Shown piece by piece: positions 62,601 to 64,000 of a DNA stretch of 64,000 nt (the stretch's first letter is position 1; the number at the start of each line of letters is the position of its first letter). A program made the position numbers and the translations under genes. The notes beneath the pieces are model-generated. The model had not been told where the DNA came from. It worked only from the letters and a program-made list of their open reading frames with translations, and searched no databases. Origin of the DNA: Monocercomonoides exilis PA203 (lineage: Eukaryota; Protista; Preaxostyla). The stretch is from contig LSRY02000001.1 in NCBI GenBank assembly GCA_001643675.2, positions 1,426,001-1,490,000 of the forward strand, read 5' to 3'.

Positions 62601-63489
62601 GAAGGGCATTGAAACAGTGCGAAGAGATAACTGCCCGATGGTGCGACTGGTGGTGGAGACGTGTCTGCAGAAGATTCTGGTGGCGAGAGATTTGGAAGGC
62701 GCACAGAACTTTGCGAAGCAGATCATCGCAGATTTGCTGCAGAACAAGTTGGATATGTCGCTTCTGGTGATCTCCAAGCAGTTCTCAAGGCCAGCAAGCA
62801 TGTATTGCTCCAGACAGCCGCATGTGGAGCTTGCAGAAAGGATGAAGAAAAGAGAAGGAACAGCGCCACAAGTTGGAGAAAGAGTGTTCTTTGTGATGGT
62901 AGAAGGAGCAAAAGGTGCGAAAGGGTTTGAAAAATCAGAGGATCCGCTGTATGCGATGACGAACGGCATCCCCATTGACACTGACTATTATCTGGAGCAC
63001 CAGCTGAAAGGGCCGCTGAAGCGTCTGTTCTCGCCCATTCTGAAAGAACGTGTGAGCAGTCTGTTTGAAGGTGACCACACGCGAATAAGGAGAAAACCAC
63101 CGACTTCGAGCTCGTCTCAGTCAGCATCATCTGCACTGATGAAGTTTGTGGGTGTGGCACTCGCCTGCATCAACTGTCGGGTGAAGCTGACTCCACAAGA
63201 GACAAACGCTGTATGTTCGTCGTGCAAGACGAGGGAGGGTGAATTTCTGATGGAGGCACAGAAGATCGTTGCACAGGCAGAGGAACAATTTGGATATGTG
63301 ATGGCACAGTGCCAGCGCTGCTCATCCTCTTTGCACACACCTTTCTTATGCTCAAGCAGAGATTGCCCTCTTTTCTATCTTCGTACAAAAGTGAAGAAAC
63401 AAATCGAAGATGCTTACGGATGTTTGGAACGTTTTGGCCCGCCATGCGTAATTCCAAATCCTCCAATTCCTGTATGTTCTATGATTTAG
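59648..63489 (+). CDS. POLD1: DNA polymerase delta catalytic subunit (multi-exon)
   Basis: YESNIDFVLR, ExoI SFDIEC, ExoII GYNIMNFD, LDFSSLYPSIM, K..ANSVYGFTG, YGDTDS; C-terminal CysA (CINC..CSSC) and CysB (CQRC..CSSRDC). Confidence 0.98.
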
Positions 63490-63792
63490 AAGTTTTATTT
63501 TTTTCACAATAATAATAAGCATATTTTTATCATTTCATCTTTTCTCTTTATTTGTCTTTGTCATTTTAGTTTTTTTAACAAAATGTATAATTTTTTTAAA
63601 GCGTTATAAACTTAAGAGAATTGATGGGACTTTTTGATCAAATTGATAAAGAATGAAGTGTGTCTGCAAAATGTGACCAAGTTTTTATTTCTTTTATTGC
63701 TTTATGATTTGTTTGATTTTGTATAACATACTAATGCGTTGTGAATGCTTAAAATTTTGCTTAGTCCTCTTAATTTAACTATTAACCCGCAG

Positions 63793-64000
63793 CCAAGAAA
63801 ATTGACTATTGAAGATATTAAGCACTTCCCAAAAGCTGAGCTTCATTGCCATCTTGGTGTGTTCACATATGTTATGTTATGCATCATTTTTATTTTTCAT
63901 TCCTGCTCATTAAAGACGGAAGCATTCGACCAAAAACAGTCATTGATCTTGCATTGGAGCAAGTTTGCTTTGTTCTTTAAGCAAAGAAATAATCGATTTA
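63793..64000 (+). CDS. Adenosine deaminase-family gene, 5' part (runs off the window; first exon unresolved)
   Basis: PKAELHCHL|DGSIRPKTVIDLA across an intron (63857-63914) is the HxH metal-binding signature of the ADA family. Confidence 0.85.

Noticed and set aside
59648-63489. Family B polymerase as a Polinton/Maverick or viral gene
   Set aside because: It has spliceosomal introns and the CysA/CysB C-terminus of cellular Pol delta; no integrase, ATPase or capsid genes nearby.

Overview
AT-rich, intron-containing eukaryotic DNA in the standard genetic code. The short GT-AG introns, (TCT/TCA)n poly-Ser genes and giant intronless surface proteins suggest an oxymonad such as Monocercomonoides; this is an inference. 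Recognisable host genes are ATG3, a very large multi-RRM Ser-rich gene, a 7TM protein, a PP4R3/SMEK/Psy2 expanded to ~3,600 aa, a multi-pass membrane protein head-to-head with SEC22, a zinc-finger/RING-like ACBP fusion, DNA polymerase delta catalytic subunit (POLD1) and the start of an adenosine deaminase. Two intronless type-I surface proteins share a membrane-proximal domain; one has a kinase-like C-lobe tail and the other a 14-aa tail. An IQCH-like pseudogene is also present. Mobile DNA is dense: a ~7.3 kb hAT element with an extra third terminus, a PIF/Harbinger-type transposase, a complete Merlin element (31-bp TIRs, 8-bp TSD) and two foldback palindromes. The best novelty candidates are the RING-like/ACBP fusion, the long-tail/short-tail receptor family, the three-ended hAT structure and a 38-bp divergent intergenic region. 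No database searches were run; all family calls come from motifs recognised by eye.
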